Source: a virus (Duplodnaviria > Caudoviricetes). Taken from it: a stretch of 64,000 bases of DNA. Below the pieces are notes generated by a model, which had not been told where the DNA came from, did not search any database, and saw only the letters and a program-made list of their open reading frames with translations. Of the stretch, positions 1-9,058 are shown piece by piece. The stretch lies in the IMG/VR virus record IMGVR_UViG_3300028603_000001, positions 96,001 to 160,000 of that record; one strand, given 5' to 3'. The translations under genes and the position numbers were made by a program. The number at the start of each line of letters is the position of its first letter. Position 1 is the first letter of the stretch.

Positions 1-1
1 T

Positions 2-1015
2 AAACTAGCTGATATTCAAAGAGAAAAGTTATATTCAAAAGAACTTGGAAACGTTATACATCTAGCTAGAGAGATTGAAATTCCGCTTTTACCTGTTATA
101 GGTGAAATGGAATCAGCCGGAATGGAAGTAGACCAAGAATATGGAAAACTTTTATCTGCAAAATACAATACACAATTAGAAGAAGTAGATTCTGAGATAA
201 GCGTTGAATTAGAAAAATTAAAGCCTATGATTGATGCTTGGAGATTAACTCCAGATGCTAATTTCAGACCTATTATTGGAAGAACAAAAACAATAAACAA
301 GATTCAATATAAATATTATAAAGGATCTAACCGTGATGGTGATGAACCTTATTGGTATGAAGCTAAAACATCTCGAAAATTATCTGATGCTGAAGCATAT
401 AATCTAAATTTAGTAGCTACAGAGCAGAAATCAAAATCTGAACAGTTAATAGATCCCATTAATTTAGGATCACCGACACAGTTAGCTATATTATTCTATG
501 ATATCTTGGGAGCACCAACAGTCAGCAAAAAATCTCCAAGAGGAACAGGTGAGATGGAGTTAATTGCTATTTCTAAAAAAATAGATAATCCTATCTGTAA
601 ATTAGTTATAAAAAGAAGAGAATTAGTAAAACTTATATCAACGTATATCGACGTTATCCCAGAATTGGCTAAAAGGTGGCCTGATGGTAGAGTTAGAACA
701 CATTTTAATCCTTATGGTGCTGCAACAGGTAGATTAAGTTCAAGTGATCCGATTAACTTCCAAAATATACCAGCGCATAATAAAGAAGTAAGGATGCTTT
801 TCTGCTCTTCAAATAAACAGGAAGACATACCTATTACTAGTAATCAGATAATTGTTAAGAAGTTTACAGAAGTTAACACATCAGAAGGATTTGTTTTCGC
901 TGAAGATTTAAAAACAGGCGAGTATTTAATCTTAGACAATGATGATGGAACAACTGAAGCAATTAAGATAATAGATATTAAAACAGAAGGATTATTTACA
1001 ACAATAATTATTTAA
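2..1015 (+). CDS. polA: DNA polymerase family A, N-terminal fragment (5' end outside window), ending in a degenerate Hint-like tail
   Basis: Frame is open from base 2. PolA motifs NLGSPTQLAILFY, ATGRLSSSDPINFQNIP and RMLF. The ORF stops 70 codons after RMLF, before motif A. Confidence 0.93.
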   Translation, partial: KLADIQREKLYSKELGNVIHLAREIEIPLLPVIGEMESAGMEVDQEYGKLLSAKYNTQLEEVDSEISVELEKLKPMIDAWRLTPDANFRPIIGRTKTINKIQYKYYKGSNRDGDEPYWYEAKTSRKLSDAEAYNLNLVATEQKSKSEQLIDPINLGSPTQLAILFYDILGAPTVSKKSPRGTGEMELIAISKKIDNPICKLVIKRRELVKLISTYIDVIPELAKRWPDGRVRTHFNPYGAATGRLSSSDPINFQNIPAHNKEVRMLFCSSNKQEDIPITSNQIIVKKFTEVNTSEGFVFAEDLKTGEYLILDNDDGTTEAIKIIDIKTEGLFTTIII

Positions 1016-1105
1016 CTTGACCGGAATAGTCTGAACCGATAATTCTTTAAAGTTTGGATATATTAAAAGAAAATCATCAAAATATGACAAAGGAGAATTC
1101 ATATA

Positions 1106-2017
1106 ATGTATGGGTATATCTATAAAACAATCAACATGATTGATGAAAAAGTTTATATTGGAAAACATACTAATGAATATGTTCGTAAAAATAATTGTAT
1201 TGATCCTAAATATTTTGGATCAGGAAAGGTTATTACTAATGCTATAGCAAAATATGGAGTAGATAAATTCAAATGTGAGATTCTTGAGTGGTGCGATTCA
1301 TTAGAAAATTTAAACAACAGAGAGAAATATTGGATTAATTATTATATGACTAATTATCCTACTACATGTTACAACTTAGCTGAAGGTGGGTCGGGGGGTA
1401 ACAATTTAAAATATAAAACCGAAAAAGAAAAATTAGAAATATTTGATCGCATTAGAAAATCAATAAATACTTATTATCAAACAGATGCTTTTAAAAATGC
1501 TAGAAAAGAGTTGCTCAATAAACCAGAATATCATCAGCGCTTAAGTGATGGTATGAAGGCCGCTAGAGCTAATACTAATAGCAAATATCATACAGATGAA
1601 TATCGACAGAAGAAATCAGAAGCTATTAAAAAGCAATGGTCAAATACGAATAGTAAATATAATAGTCAAGAATATCGTGAGCTGCTTAAGAAAAGAAATT
1701 CTGAAAAATGGGCTGAATTGAGTACTGAAAAGCTTGAAAAATTTAAAGAAAAGAAGCGACAAGAAGCTCTTAAGCGTTGGAAGAACCCAGATCATAGAGA
1801 ACTTATAAAAAAAGCAAAAGCAAAATGTATAATTATATATAACGACTCTGGTGATGAAATTATATTTGATTCTATTGGTGATTGTAACCGAACATTAAAT
1901 ATAGATTCTAGATATTTAATTAAAACAGGTGGTTATATTAAAACAAAAAAATATAAAGGTTGGCGGATAGATTACTATTGTCCAACAAAGATAGGAGGTG
2001 GTAAAGATGATTCTTGA
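1106..2017 (+). mobile_element. Free-standing GIY-YIG homing endonuclease inside the split polA locus
   Basis: N-terminal YGYIYKTIN...VYIGKH, REKYWI and YNLAEGG; basic helical C-terminus; SD AAGGAG. Confidence 0.9.
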
Positions 2018-2096
2018 AAAAAGTAATTCTAAAAAATTACGCACTAAAACTGGGTACAAGATAATTGGCTCAGATTATAGTGGTCAAGAACCGTAA
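2007..2096 (+). CDS. polA: polA middle fragment (29 aa, MILEKSNSKKLRTKTGYKIIGSDYSGQEP) carrying the first half of motif A
   Basis: Not in the ORF track. AGGAGGT SD at 1993-1999, ATG at 2007. Encodes GYKIIGSDYSGQEP with the catalytic Asp of motif A, then TAA. Confidence 0.85.
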   Translation: MILEKSNSKKLRTKTGYKIIGSDYSGQEP

Positions 2097-2101
2097 GGTT
2101 G

Positions 2102-3259
2102 CCTAGACTTACCGCATTTTACTCGCAAGACCAGAATATGATAAAAGCTTATGAGGAAGGAAAAGACTTATACGCTGTTATTGCATCAATGTCTTTTGAT
2201 AAACCCTATGAAGAATGTCTAGAATTCTACCCTGAAGGAACTGAAATTATTCATGAGGGAAAAAAAATAATTACTGGAAACAAAACACACCAAAATAAAG
2301 CAGGTAAAGAAAGAAGAAATTTCGCAAAGAGTATCTTGCTCGGCTTGCTCTACGGACGTGGAGCAGCATCTATTGCTGAACAAATTAAAAAATCAAGAGA
2401 AGAAGCACAAGAGATTATTGATAAATTCTTCGCAGCTTTTCCAGCTGTTAAAAATTGGATTGATAAAACAATTGAAGATGCTCATAAATATGGTTATGTT
2501 GAAGATATAGCAGGTAGACGCAGAAGATTACCTGATATACAATTACCGCAATATACTGTTGAATTTTTAGATAAAAAGAAAACAGGAACGCTATTTAATC
2601 CATTATTAGAATGTGATGATAAGATTGATGAAGCTTCAAATAAGTTAATTAAAAAATATCAAGAAAAATGTTCAAATATTAAATATGCTAGAGATTATGA
2701 AAATCTAAAAGCTGAAGCATTAAAAGAAAAAATAGTTATACATAATAATACTGGTTTTATTGCTCAAGCTGAACGTCAAGCGGTTAATAGCCGCGTTCAG
2801 GGTGGAGCTGCGTCATTAACTAAAACAGCTTTAATCAACATCCATAATGATCAAAAGCTAAGAGATATGGGAGCGTATCTAATAAATACAGTTCACGATG
2901 AAATCTTAATAGAAGCTCCTGATAAATATGCAAAAGAAGCTGCTGAACGCTTAACAGAGATAATGATAAATTCAGCTAAAAAATATGTTCCTAATGTTCC
3001 AATGAGTTGCGATGCATATATAACGAATTCATGGTATTTAGATGAGTTTGCTGTAACGGTTAGATCTGAATTTAAAAAATTAATTAGCGGAGATCCAGAT
3101 GAAAATGTATATCCTATGGACCCAATGGACGCTTTTGAATATATGTGCAAATTAAGAAAAGAATCAACTAGAAGTCAATTATATGAATTAGTAGGTAAAT
3201 TACTACCGAGAGTTCCTGAAAATGTTGATACCTCATACGTATCATTAACGGAAGATTAA
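2102..3259 (+). CDS. polA: polA C-terminal fragment (rest of motif A, motifs B and C)
   Basis: Begins PRLTAFYSQD. Motif B RNFAKSILLGLLYG, ERQAVNSRVQG, motif C VHDE. The TTG at 2099 has no properly spaced SD. Confidence 0.93.
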   Translation, partial: PRLTAFYSQDQNMIKAYEEGKDLYAVIASMSFDKPYEECLEFYPEGTEIIHEGKKIITGNKTHQNKAGKERRNFAKSILLGLLYGRGAASIAEQIKKSREEAQEIIDKFFAAFPAVKNWIDKTIEDAHKYGYVEDIAGRRRRLPDIQLPQYTVEFLDKKKTGTLFNPLLECDDKIDEASNKLIKKYQEKCSNIKYARDYENLKAEALKEKIVIHNNTGFIAQAERQAVNSRVQGGAASLTKTALINIHNDQKLRDMGAYLINTVHDEILIEAPDKYAKEAAERLTEIMINSAKKYVPNVPMSCDAYITNSWYLDEFAVTVRSEFKKLISGDPDENVYPMDPMDAFEYMCKLRKESTRSQLYELVGKLLPRVPENVDTSYVSLTED

Positions 3260-3271
3260 CAATAGTATTAC

Positions 3272-3280
3272 GCTAAATTA
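3272..3280 (+). promoter_or_regulatory. GCTAAATTA phage-specific (putative late) promoter motif; representative of 11 copies
   Basis: Exact 9-mer recurs upstream of genes, always co-oriented with them (see findings). Confidence 0.6.
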
Positions 3281-3319
3281 TATGATTAAAAAAAATCATA
3301 AAAAGGAGATTATAAAAGT

Positions 3320-3910
3320 ATGAAAAAAGGATTAACTTTAGAGGAAGCTTTTAAGGCTTTGAGTGGTAGAGGTAAAGTTACTGAAAGCGAAAAAAAGTTG
3401 AAAGAAGAGTTTGATGATTTTCCAAAACTTATAGACTTAGCAAAAGGTGATGTTTTTACAGCGTATTTTGGAAATCATGAAAGTTGTGATTTTTCATATG
3501 ATTCAAAAAAAGATACTTTAATACAGAAATATTATGACCCAGCTGATACTTTTAAATTTAAAAATATTAAAACACAAACAGATTTTGAGAAAGTTGTTAA
3601 AGATGAGTTAGGTGATGGTAAGATAACTTGGGAAAAAAAAGTAAGAGAAAGTGCTGCTACTGAAGTTAAAATTCCAGAACCTTATAATAAATATTATCAA
3701 GTAGCTGAAGTTGATGGTGGTTATAAAGTTGGTGACCAAATTGAAGGTTATGACATACGCATTCTTGCATATCTTGACGCTAAACCTGAATATGAAGATA
3801 TATTAAAAGAACCATTTGCAGTATTAACTGATGATGAAGATTATCCAGTTTGTGTAATTGTAGGTAGAAGACTTTTTAATGTTTCTATTAGAGATTTACC
3901 TGAAGAATAA
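3320..3910 (+). CDS. Hypothetical acidic protein, possible internal virion protein
   Basis: SD AAGGAG, preceded by GCTAAATTA. LEE/VTES/LKEE/VRES motifs recall prohead-protease cleavage sites. Confidence 0.5.
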   Translation: MKKGLTLEEAFKALSGRGKVTESEKKLKEEFDDFPKLIDLAKGDVFTAYFGNHESCDFSYDSKKDTLIQKYYDPADTFKFKNIKTQTDFEKVVKDELGDGKITWEKKVRESAATEVKIPEPYNKYYQVAEVDGGYKVGDQIEGYDIRILAYLDAKPEYEDILKEPFAVLTDDEDYPVCVIVGRRLFNVSIRDLPEE

Positions 3911-3990
3911 AATATAATTATAAATAAACAGAGTTCGAAAAATCCTCTGTATAATAAAAACCAAAAAATGATTAAATAGTATATAAAAAA

Positions 3991-4030
3991 AATAAATACT
4001 ATCGCTTATTTTTAGGTGGTAGTATTTTTT
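3991..4030 (+). terminator. Intrinsic terminator
   Basis: AATACTATCGCTTA/TAGGTGGTAGTATT hairpin followed by a T run. Confidence 0.6.
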
Positions 4031-4040
4031 ATTTTCTTAA

Positions 4041-4054
4041 TTGTATATTAATAG
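4041..4054 (+). promoter_or_regulatory. TTGTATAWTA putative middle promoter motif; representative copy
   Basis: Recurs upstream of many replication and metabolism genes (see findings). Confidence 0.55.
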
Positions 4055-4130
4055 CGATATTTAGAAATGGTTAAATAAATATGATTTAGAGCTCAGCATA
4101 ATTTTTTAATCATAAATCAAAAATATAAAA

Positions 4131-4192
4131 TACGTGAAAAAACACGTAAGCGCAGTTCACGTCTGAATATCCTGCGCTTAAAAAATTAAAAC
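4131..4192 (+). ncRNA. Candidate preQ1-I-like riboswitch / switchable leader of the transporter gene
   Basis: Stem TAAGCGCAG/CTGCGCTTA, loop starting TTC and ending C, A-rich tail AAAAAATTAAAAC. Lies directly upstream of a VUT/YhhQ gene. Confidence 0.4.
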
Positions 4193-4210
4193 TTTAAAGG
4201 AGAAAGAAAA

Positions 4211-4993
4211 ATGAATAAAATTAAACAAGCATTAAAAAAATCATTAACCTCAACTAGAAATATAAGAACACTATCAATTTTCTTGGGGTTAGTTTCTGTC
4301 TATTGTGTTATTGTTGTTCTTTACAATATTTTCGAATATAAATTCTTTGGGTTCACAGTATTAGAAAACATAAAAGTTCTTGGTGAACCAGTAATGATTG
4401 GAATGGGCGCTGGAACGTTAATTTCATGGATATCGTTCTTAATAATGGATGTTGTCACTGAAGTTTGGGGTAAAAAAACAGCCATTAAGATATTCACATT
4501 TGCAATGATTATTAGTATCACAACATCATTCTTTGGAATGGCTATAGCAAAAATAGGTGAACCATCTTATGGAGATGCTATTGAAAATATTTTTGGGAGT
4601 CATCCTAGAGTAACGATTGCTTCAGCATTTGCATTCTGGGTAGGAAGTTATGTTAACACATTGATAATGCATGTTATGAAAACACGAGCTGAAGATAAAG
4701 GAAAAGCAAAGAACAAGAAATTATTTGCTTTTAGAGCAACAACATCGACGTTACTTGGTCAAGCTGTTGATAATGCATTATTCCAAATAATTGGATTAGC
4801 ACCATTCGGAGTTGGTTTCTGGTTAGCGTCTCCATTTGGGTGGACATGGGGAATGGTAGTTGGTTCAATCATTGTTGGAACAATTTTAGAATTAGCTATT
4901 GAAGCAGTTCTAGTTCCATTCATAACTATTCCTCTATCTAACAAGTTGATCGCTAAAAAAGAAGCTGAAGAAGCAGAATTAGTTGCAGCTTAA
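4211..4993 (+). CDS. yhhQ: VUT/YhhQ (DUF165) queuosine-precursor transporter
   Basis: Multiple TM helices; motifs SFLIMDVVTEVWGKK, RVTIASAFAFWVGSYVN and RATTSTLLGQAVDN. Confidence 0.85.
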   Translation: MNKIKQALKKSLTSTRNIRTLSIFLGLVSVYCVIVVLYNIFEYKFFGFTVLENIKVLGEPVMIGMGAGTLISWISFLIMDVVTEVWGKKTAIKIFTFAMIISITTSFFGMAIAKIGEPSYGDAIENIFGSHPRVTIASAFAFWVGSYVNTLIMHVMKTRAEDKGKAKNKKLFAFRATTSTLLGQAVDNALFQIIGLAPFGVGFWLASPFGWTWGMVVGSIIVGTILELAIEAVLVPFITIPLSNKLIAKKEAEEAELVAA

Positions 4994-4995
4994 AA

Positions 4996-5661
4996 ATGAA
5001 AATTTTAATCACAGGTGCTAGTAACGGAATCGGTCTAGCAACAGCAAAATTATTTTTAGATCGAGGTTATGATGTAGTAGGATTAGACTTAGTTTCTAGT
5101 CCTCTACAAAACCTTAATTATGAACATTATATTTGCGATGTTTCTGAAAAAGATCAGCTACCAGACATTGATGATGTAAATATTTTATTTGTTAACGCTG
5201 GTTTTCAGAATACAGATGACGACATAAAAAACAATTTGTATTCAGCAATATATACTGTTGAAAAATATGGATTACAGAGCTCAATAAAATCTATATTATT
5301 TAACGCTTCAGTATCAGCTCACACAGGATTTGAATTTACTGAATATGTAGCAAGTAAAGCTGGTATGTTAGGTTTAATGAAAAATATAGCTGTTAAAGTT
5401 GCTAAATATGGTGCAACTTGTAATAGCTTAAGTTGTGGTGGTGTTTTAACCGATTTAAATCAACCTGTAATTGAAGATAAACAATTATGGGAAGAAATTA
5501 TGCAAGTCACACCGCTAAAGAAATGGGCAACAGCTGAAGAAGTTGCTGAATGGGTTTGGATGTTTACAGTCATTAATAAATCATGCACAGGACAAGATTT
5601 AATTATCGACAATGGAGAAAAAGATCTTAATAATAACTTTAAATGGCCTAACTACGAATAA
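4996..5661 (+). CDS. Short-chain dehydrogenase/reductase (SDR)
   Basis: ITGASNGIG Rossmann motif, NAG, catalytic YVASK, C-terminal TGQDLIIDNG. Starts 2 nt after the transporter stop. Confidence 0.9.
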   Translation: MKILITGASNGIGLATAKLFLDRGYDVVGLDLVSSPLQNLNYEHYICDVSEKDQLPDIDDVNILFVNAGFQNTDDDIKNNLYSAIYTVEKYGLQSSIKSILFNASVSAHTGFEFTEYVASKAGMLGLMKNIAVKVAKYGATCNSLSCGGVLTDLNQPVIEDKQLWEEIMQVTPLKKWATAEEVAEWVWMFTVINKSCTGQDLIIDNGEKDLNNNFKWPNYE

Positions 5662-5675
5662 AAAATAAATTCAAT

Positions 5676-5718
5676 AATAAATACTTCAAGAAATCAATTG
5701 TCTTGAAGTGTTTTTATT
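5676..5718 (+). terminator. Intrinsic terminator after transporter-SDR operon
   Basis: AATACTTCAAGA/TCTTGAAGTGTT hairpin plus T run. Confidence 0.65.
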
Positions 5719-5828
5719 TATAACATAAATACATATGTTTATATTAAAAAGTTAAGAGAACTTAAATTTTATATGTTAAATCTTAATATTAACTTGTATT
5801 ATATAATAAAGAAAGAGGTAATATAATT

Positions 5829-6119
5829 ATGGCACAAATACTAAATCAATTGATAGAACAAATAAAAGATCCGATAGAAATAATCAGTATATCAGCATCA
5901 TTTTTAGTTCTTATTTCTATGCTGGTTAAAACAACAAATTTCAAAGGAACAATATTTATGAGAATTTTCAATACTATTGGTAGTGTAATTTTTGTTTATT
6001 ATGGAATTGCAAGAATTTTACCAGCGGTTATTTTAATGAATAGTTTAATTGTGATTATTAATGTTATTTATATAATTAAGGAAACTAAAGACCACAAAAA
6101 GACTGCAAAAAATATATAG
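5829..6119 (+). CDS. Small 3-TM membrane protein (YgjV-like)
   Basis: Hydrophobic helices; RIFNTIGSVIFVYYG...MN...N pattern. Confidence 0.6.
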   Translation: MAQILNQLIEQIKDPIEIISISASFLVLISMLVKTTNFKGTIFMRIFNTIGSVIFVYYGIARILPAVILMNSLIVIINVIYIIKETKDHKKTAKNI

Positions 6120-6165
6120 ATATAAAAAAAATTGTATATTATATAATAAAGGAGGATTCTAATTT

Positions 6166-6732
6166 ATGAAAGAAAAAATAGAAGCCAGAACTTGTATTAT
6201 TCCTGTTCCAAAAGAGGAATGTGAACTTAAAAAATGTAAATGCACAGAATGTGATCATAAACCAGGTTGTGATTATGGTTGGATAATAGAATTATGGGAA
6301 AATGAAAATAAAGTCATGGGTAAAGATTCTTTACTAGGCCCAGCTGACCCCCGAATGATAAAACCAGATATGAGAAAAGGTCATTTTATAACAATTACTG
6401 GAAAATATGATTTCTGTCGTTTCAATGTCTCTAGAAAAAAAGATCTTATTATTATATATGATATCTATGTTGATGAGAAGGGTAGAGGGCAAGGTTTAAG
6501 TAGAAAATTACTTCAATATTTAATGGATAAGTATGACCGTGATATATTTGCGAAATGTGTCCGAGGAACATCAGCGGAAGATTTCTGGCGCCATATCGGT
6601 AAACAATTGGATGCTAATTTAGGCAAACCAGAACCACATGACATGTATGAGCATAGAGATGGTAAACGGGATTTAGGTTGGTATCTTGTGGAAAATAAAA
6701 ATAAGAAAACAACGAAAGAAGAGTTGTGGTGA
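6166..6732 (+). CDS. GNAT acetyltransferase with Cys-rich N-terminus
   Basis: Acetyl-CoA motif IYVDEKGRGQGLSRKLL and AEDFWRHIG. Confidence 0.8.
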   Translation: MKEKIEARTCIIPVPKEECELKKCKCTECDHKPGCDYGWIIELWENENKVMGKDSLLGPADPRMIKPDMRKGHFITITGKYDFCRFNVSRKKDLIIIYDIYVDEKGRGQGLSRKLLQYLMDKYDRDIFAKCVRGTSAEDFWRHIGKQLDANLGKPEPHDMYEHRDGKRDLGWYLVENKNKKTTKEELW

Positions 6733-6813
6733 AAATCATGAATCTTCTGTTTTATTAATTAATATATTGTATAATATATTACAACAAAATATACAGATAA
6801 ATGGAGGTATAAA

Positions 6814-7872
6814 GTGTTACCAGAATTAAAACCAGAACAACAAAATTGGACAAATCCATTTAAGGATATAAAACTAACTCCGTATCGATTAATTGCAGCA
6901 GGTGGTGGACCTAGAAATGTTGTCTTTCCTGATGGCTCAATTTTAAGTGCTGGAGATGTCAAACGTGAATTGAATTATCCTGGATTATTTGCTTGGAATG
7001 CCGAGAAAAAAGAATTGTTAGAATCGGTAGAATTTCTACATAAAAATCCTGATAGTAATTGGGATTTAGTAGTTGATAGTGGAGCTTATTCTGCTTGGTC
7101 AAAAGGTAAAATGTTTGATATGGATGAGTATATTACTTTTCTAGAATCAAATAAAATTTTAGACGTGTGTTTTTGGGCTGCTGAAGCGGATGTTATTCCT
7201 GGTTCCTTTGGAGTTGACCCGACAGAAGAACAAAGATTATCTGCGCCTGAAGAATCTTGGAATAATTACCTATACATGATTAAACGAGTTTCATGGCCTA
7301 AAAAGATAGTTCCTATTTTCCACCAAGGAGAAGATTTTAAACATTTGAGAAGAATGTTAGAGTATACATTTCCTGATGGTGATCATATTCCTTATATTGG
7401 GATTTCACCTAGAAATGATGTTCATGTAAGTGAAAAAATGAAGTGGTATGAAATGGTTTGGGGAATTATCAGAGAAAGTTCAAATCCAAATGTTTTAACT
7501 CATAACTTTGGTATGACAACAATCTCTATGATGGAACAATATCCAAGCTGTAGTTCAGATTCTACATCTTGCGTAAGAAGCGCTTCGTTTGGAAATATTA
7601 TGTTAGTAGTAAATGGTAAAGTTAAATCTATTTACGTAAGTGATCGACACATGGACAGTTCAGACCACATCTTAAATCAACCGCAGGCTATCAAAGAAGC
7701 AGTTGAGGAAGAATGTAAACGTATAGGACATGGATTAACTTTAAATGATTTAGTTTATAATGACCCAAAAGGGCAATACAGAGCTTTATTTAATTTATTT
7801 TCTTTATATGAATGGAGTTCAAATTTTGTATATGAAGGAACAAATCAATTTAAAGAATCATTATGGGATTAA
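6814..7872 (+). CDS. TGT/DpdA-like guanine transglycosylase (candidate DNA 7-deazaguanine insertase)
   Basis: TGT-type motifs VVDSGAYSAW, DVIPG, PIFHQGE, HNFGMT and SSDSTS. GTG start with SD GGAGGT. Confidence 0.75.
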   Translation: MLPELKPEQQNWTNPFKDIKLTPYRLIAAGGGPRNVVFPDGSILSAGDVKRELNYPGLFAWNAEKKELLESVEFLHKNPDSNWDLVVDSGAYSAWSKGKMFDMDEYITFLESNKILDVCFWAAEADVIPGSFGVDPTEEQRLSAPEESWNNYLYMIKRVSWPKKIVPIFHQGEDFKHLRRMLEYTFPDGDHIPYIGISPRNDVHVSEKMKWYEMVWGIIRESSNPNVLTHNFGMTTISMMEQYPSCSSDSTSCVRSASFGNIMLVVNGKVKSIYVSDRHMDSSDHILNQPQAIKEAVEEECKRIGHGLTLNDLVYNDPKGQYRALFNLFSLYEWSSNFVYEGTNQFKESLWD

Positions 7873-7901
7873 AATGAGAAAAGAAAGGAATATAAATAAA
7901 A

Positions 7902-9032
7902 ATGATATTAAACACAAAAGAATTTAAAAATATTTGTAGTATAATTTTAAGTGCTGTCGATGGAAGTGAATTATCAAACTTAACAGAAACACTTGAATTA
8001 AAAACAATTGGAAAAACATTAACGTTATCAACAACCAATAAAGAGTATTACGCTAAAGTTTCGTTCCCTTTAGAACACGAAGAAGATTTTCACGCAGCGG
8101 TTAACGCTAATTTATTCTTAAAACTAATTGCTGCTATCACAACAGAAACAGTTGAATTGTTAGTAAAAGGAAATGTACTACATATTAAAGCGAACGGTAA
8201 TTATAAACTTCCTATTATCACTGAAAATGATAAGATGTTAGAAATTCCTGTTATTACAATCGAAAATAAAACCTTAGAAATGAATATCAATAGCTCTGTT
8301 TTAGACAGCATTGTGACTTATAATAGTAAACAATTAGCTATCGGCTCTGTTGCAAAACCAGTTCAAAAAATGTTTTATGTTGATAATAAAGGTTGTATAA
8401 CTTTTACAACAGGAGCCTGCGTAAACAGTTTTGAATTAGAAAAACCATTCTCTTTATTATTAAATAGTCGCTTAGTAAATCTATTCAAATTATTTAAAAA
8501 TACAGTTGTAAAATTCAGTTTAGGTTATGATCCAATCAGTGAAACAATTATCCAAACAAAAGTCTCTTTTGAGACTGATACAATAACTTTAACAGCTGTC
8601 ACAGGATGTGATGATAAATTATTAAGTCAAGTTCCAGTTGATGCAATTAGGGGAAGAGCTAATAAAGCTTATGATAATGTTGTTGTTCTAAATGTTATAG
8701 CAATTACAGAAGCTATTAACCGTCTACTATTATTTAGTGCTGGATATGGAAGTAAAGAAAATCTAAAACCTTATAGCTTATTTAAATTTGTAGATGATAA
8801 AGTAACTATTTATGATACTAAAGAAGAAAACACAGAGATTTTAAATTATCAAAATGGAACAACTCTTACAAATGAATATTCAATGACTTTAGATTTAATT
8901 GAATTTAAAAAAGTTTTAGATAACTGCAATGAACAGTATATGACAATGAACTTCGGAGATGGAAAAGCTTGTGTTATAACTAGAGGTTCTATTAAAAATG
9001 TATTACCTGAAGTAGTAACGAAATCTGTATAA
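7902..9032 (+). CDS. dnaN: DNA sliding clamp (DnaN/beta-like)
   Basis: 376 aa with alternating beta/alpha pattern; N-terminal LTLSTTN and C-terminal VLPEV features typical of clamps; replication context. Confidence 0.6.
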   Translation: MILNTKEFKNICSIILSAVDGSELSNLTETLELKTIGKTLTLSTTNKEYYAKVSFPLEHEEDFHAAVNANLFLKLIAAITTETVELLVKGNVLHIKANGNYKLPIITENDKMLEIPVITIENKTLEMNINSSVLDSIVTYNSKQLAIGSVAKPVQKMFYVDNKGCITFTTGACVNSFELEKPFSLLLNSRLVNLFKLFKNTVVKFSLGYDPISETIIQTKVSFETDTITLTAVTGCDDKLLSQVPVDAIRGRANKAYDNVVVLNVIAITEAINRLLLFSAGYGSKENLKPYSLFKFVDDKVTIYDTKEENTEILNYQNGTTLTNEYSMTLDLIEFKKVLDNCNEQYMTMNFGDGKACVITRGSIKNVLPEVVTKSV

Positions 9033-9058
9033 TATTATGTAGAAAGGAATAGTTTGTT

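Noticed and set aside
1016-1105. ATAGTCTGAAC resembles the P7/P9 junction of phage group I introns
   Set aside because: No matching upstream P7 strand or room for a catalytic core was found, and the next fragment has its own strong SD. At most a remnant.
2099-2101. TTG as an independent start of the polA C-fragment
   Set aside because: No properly spaced SD, and it would cut motif A in two.
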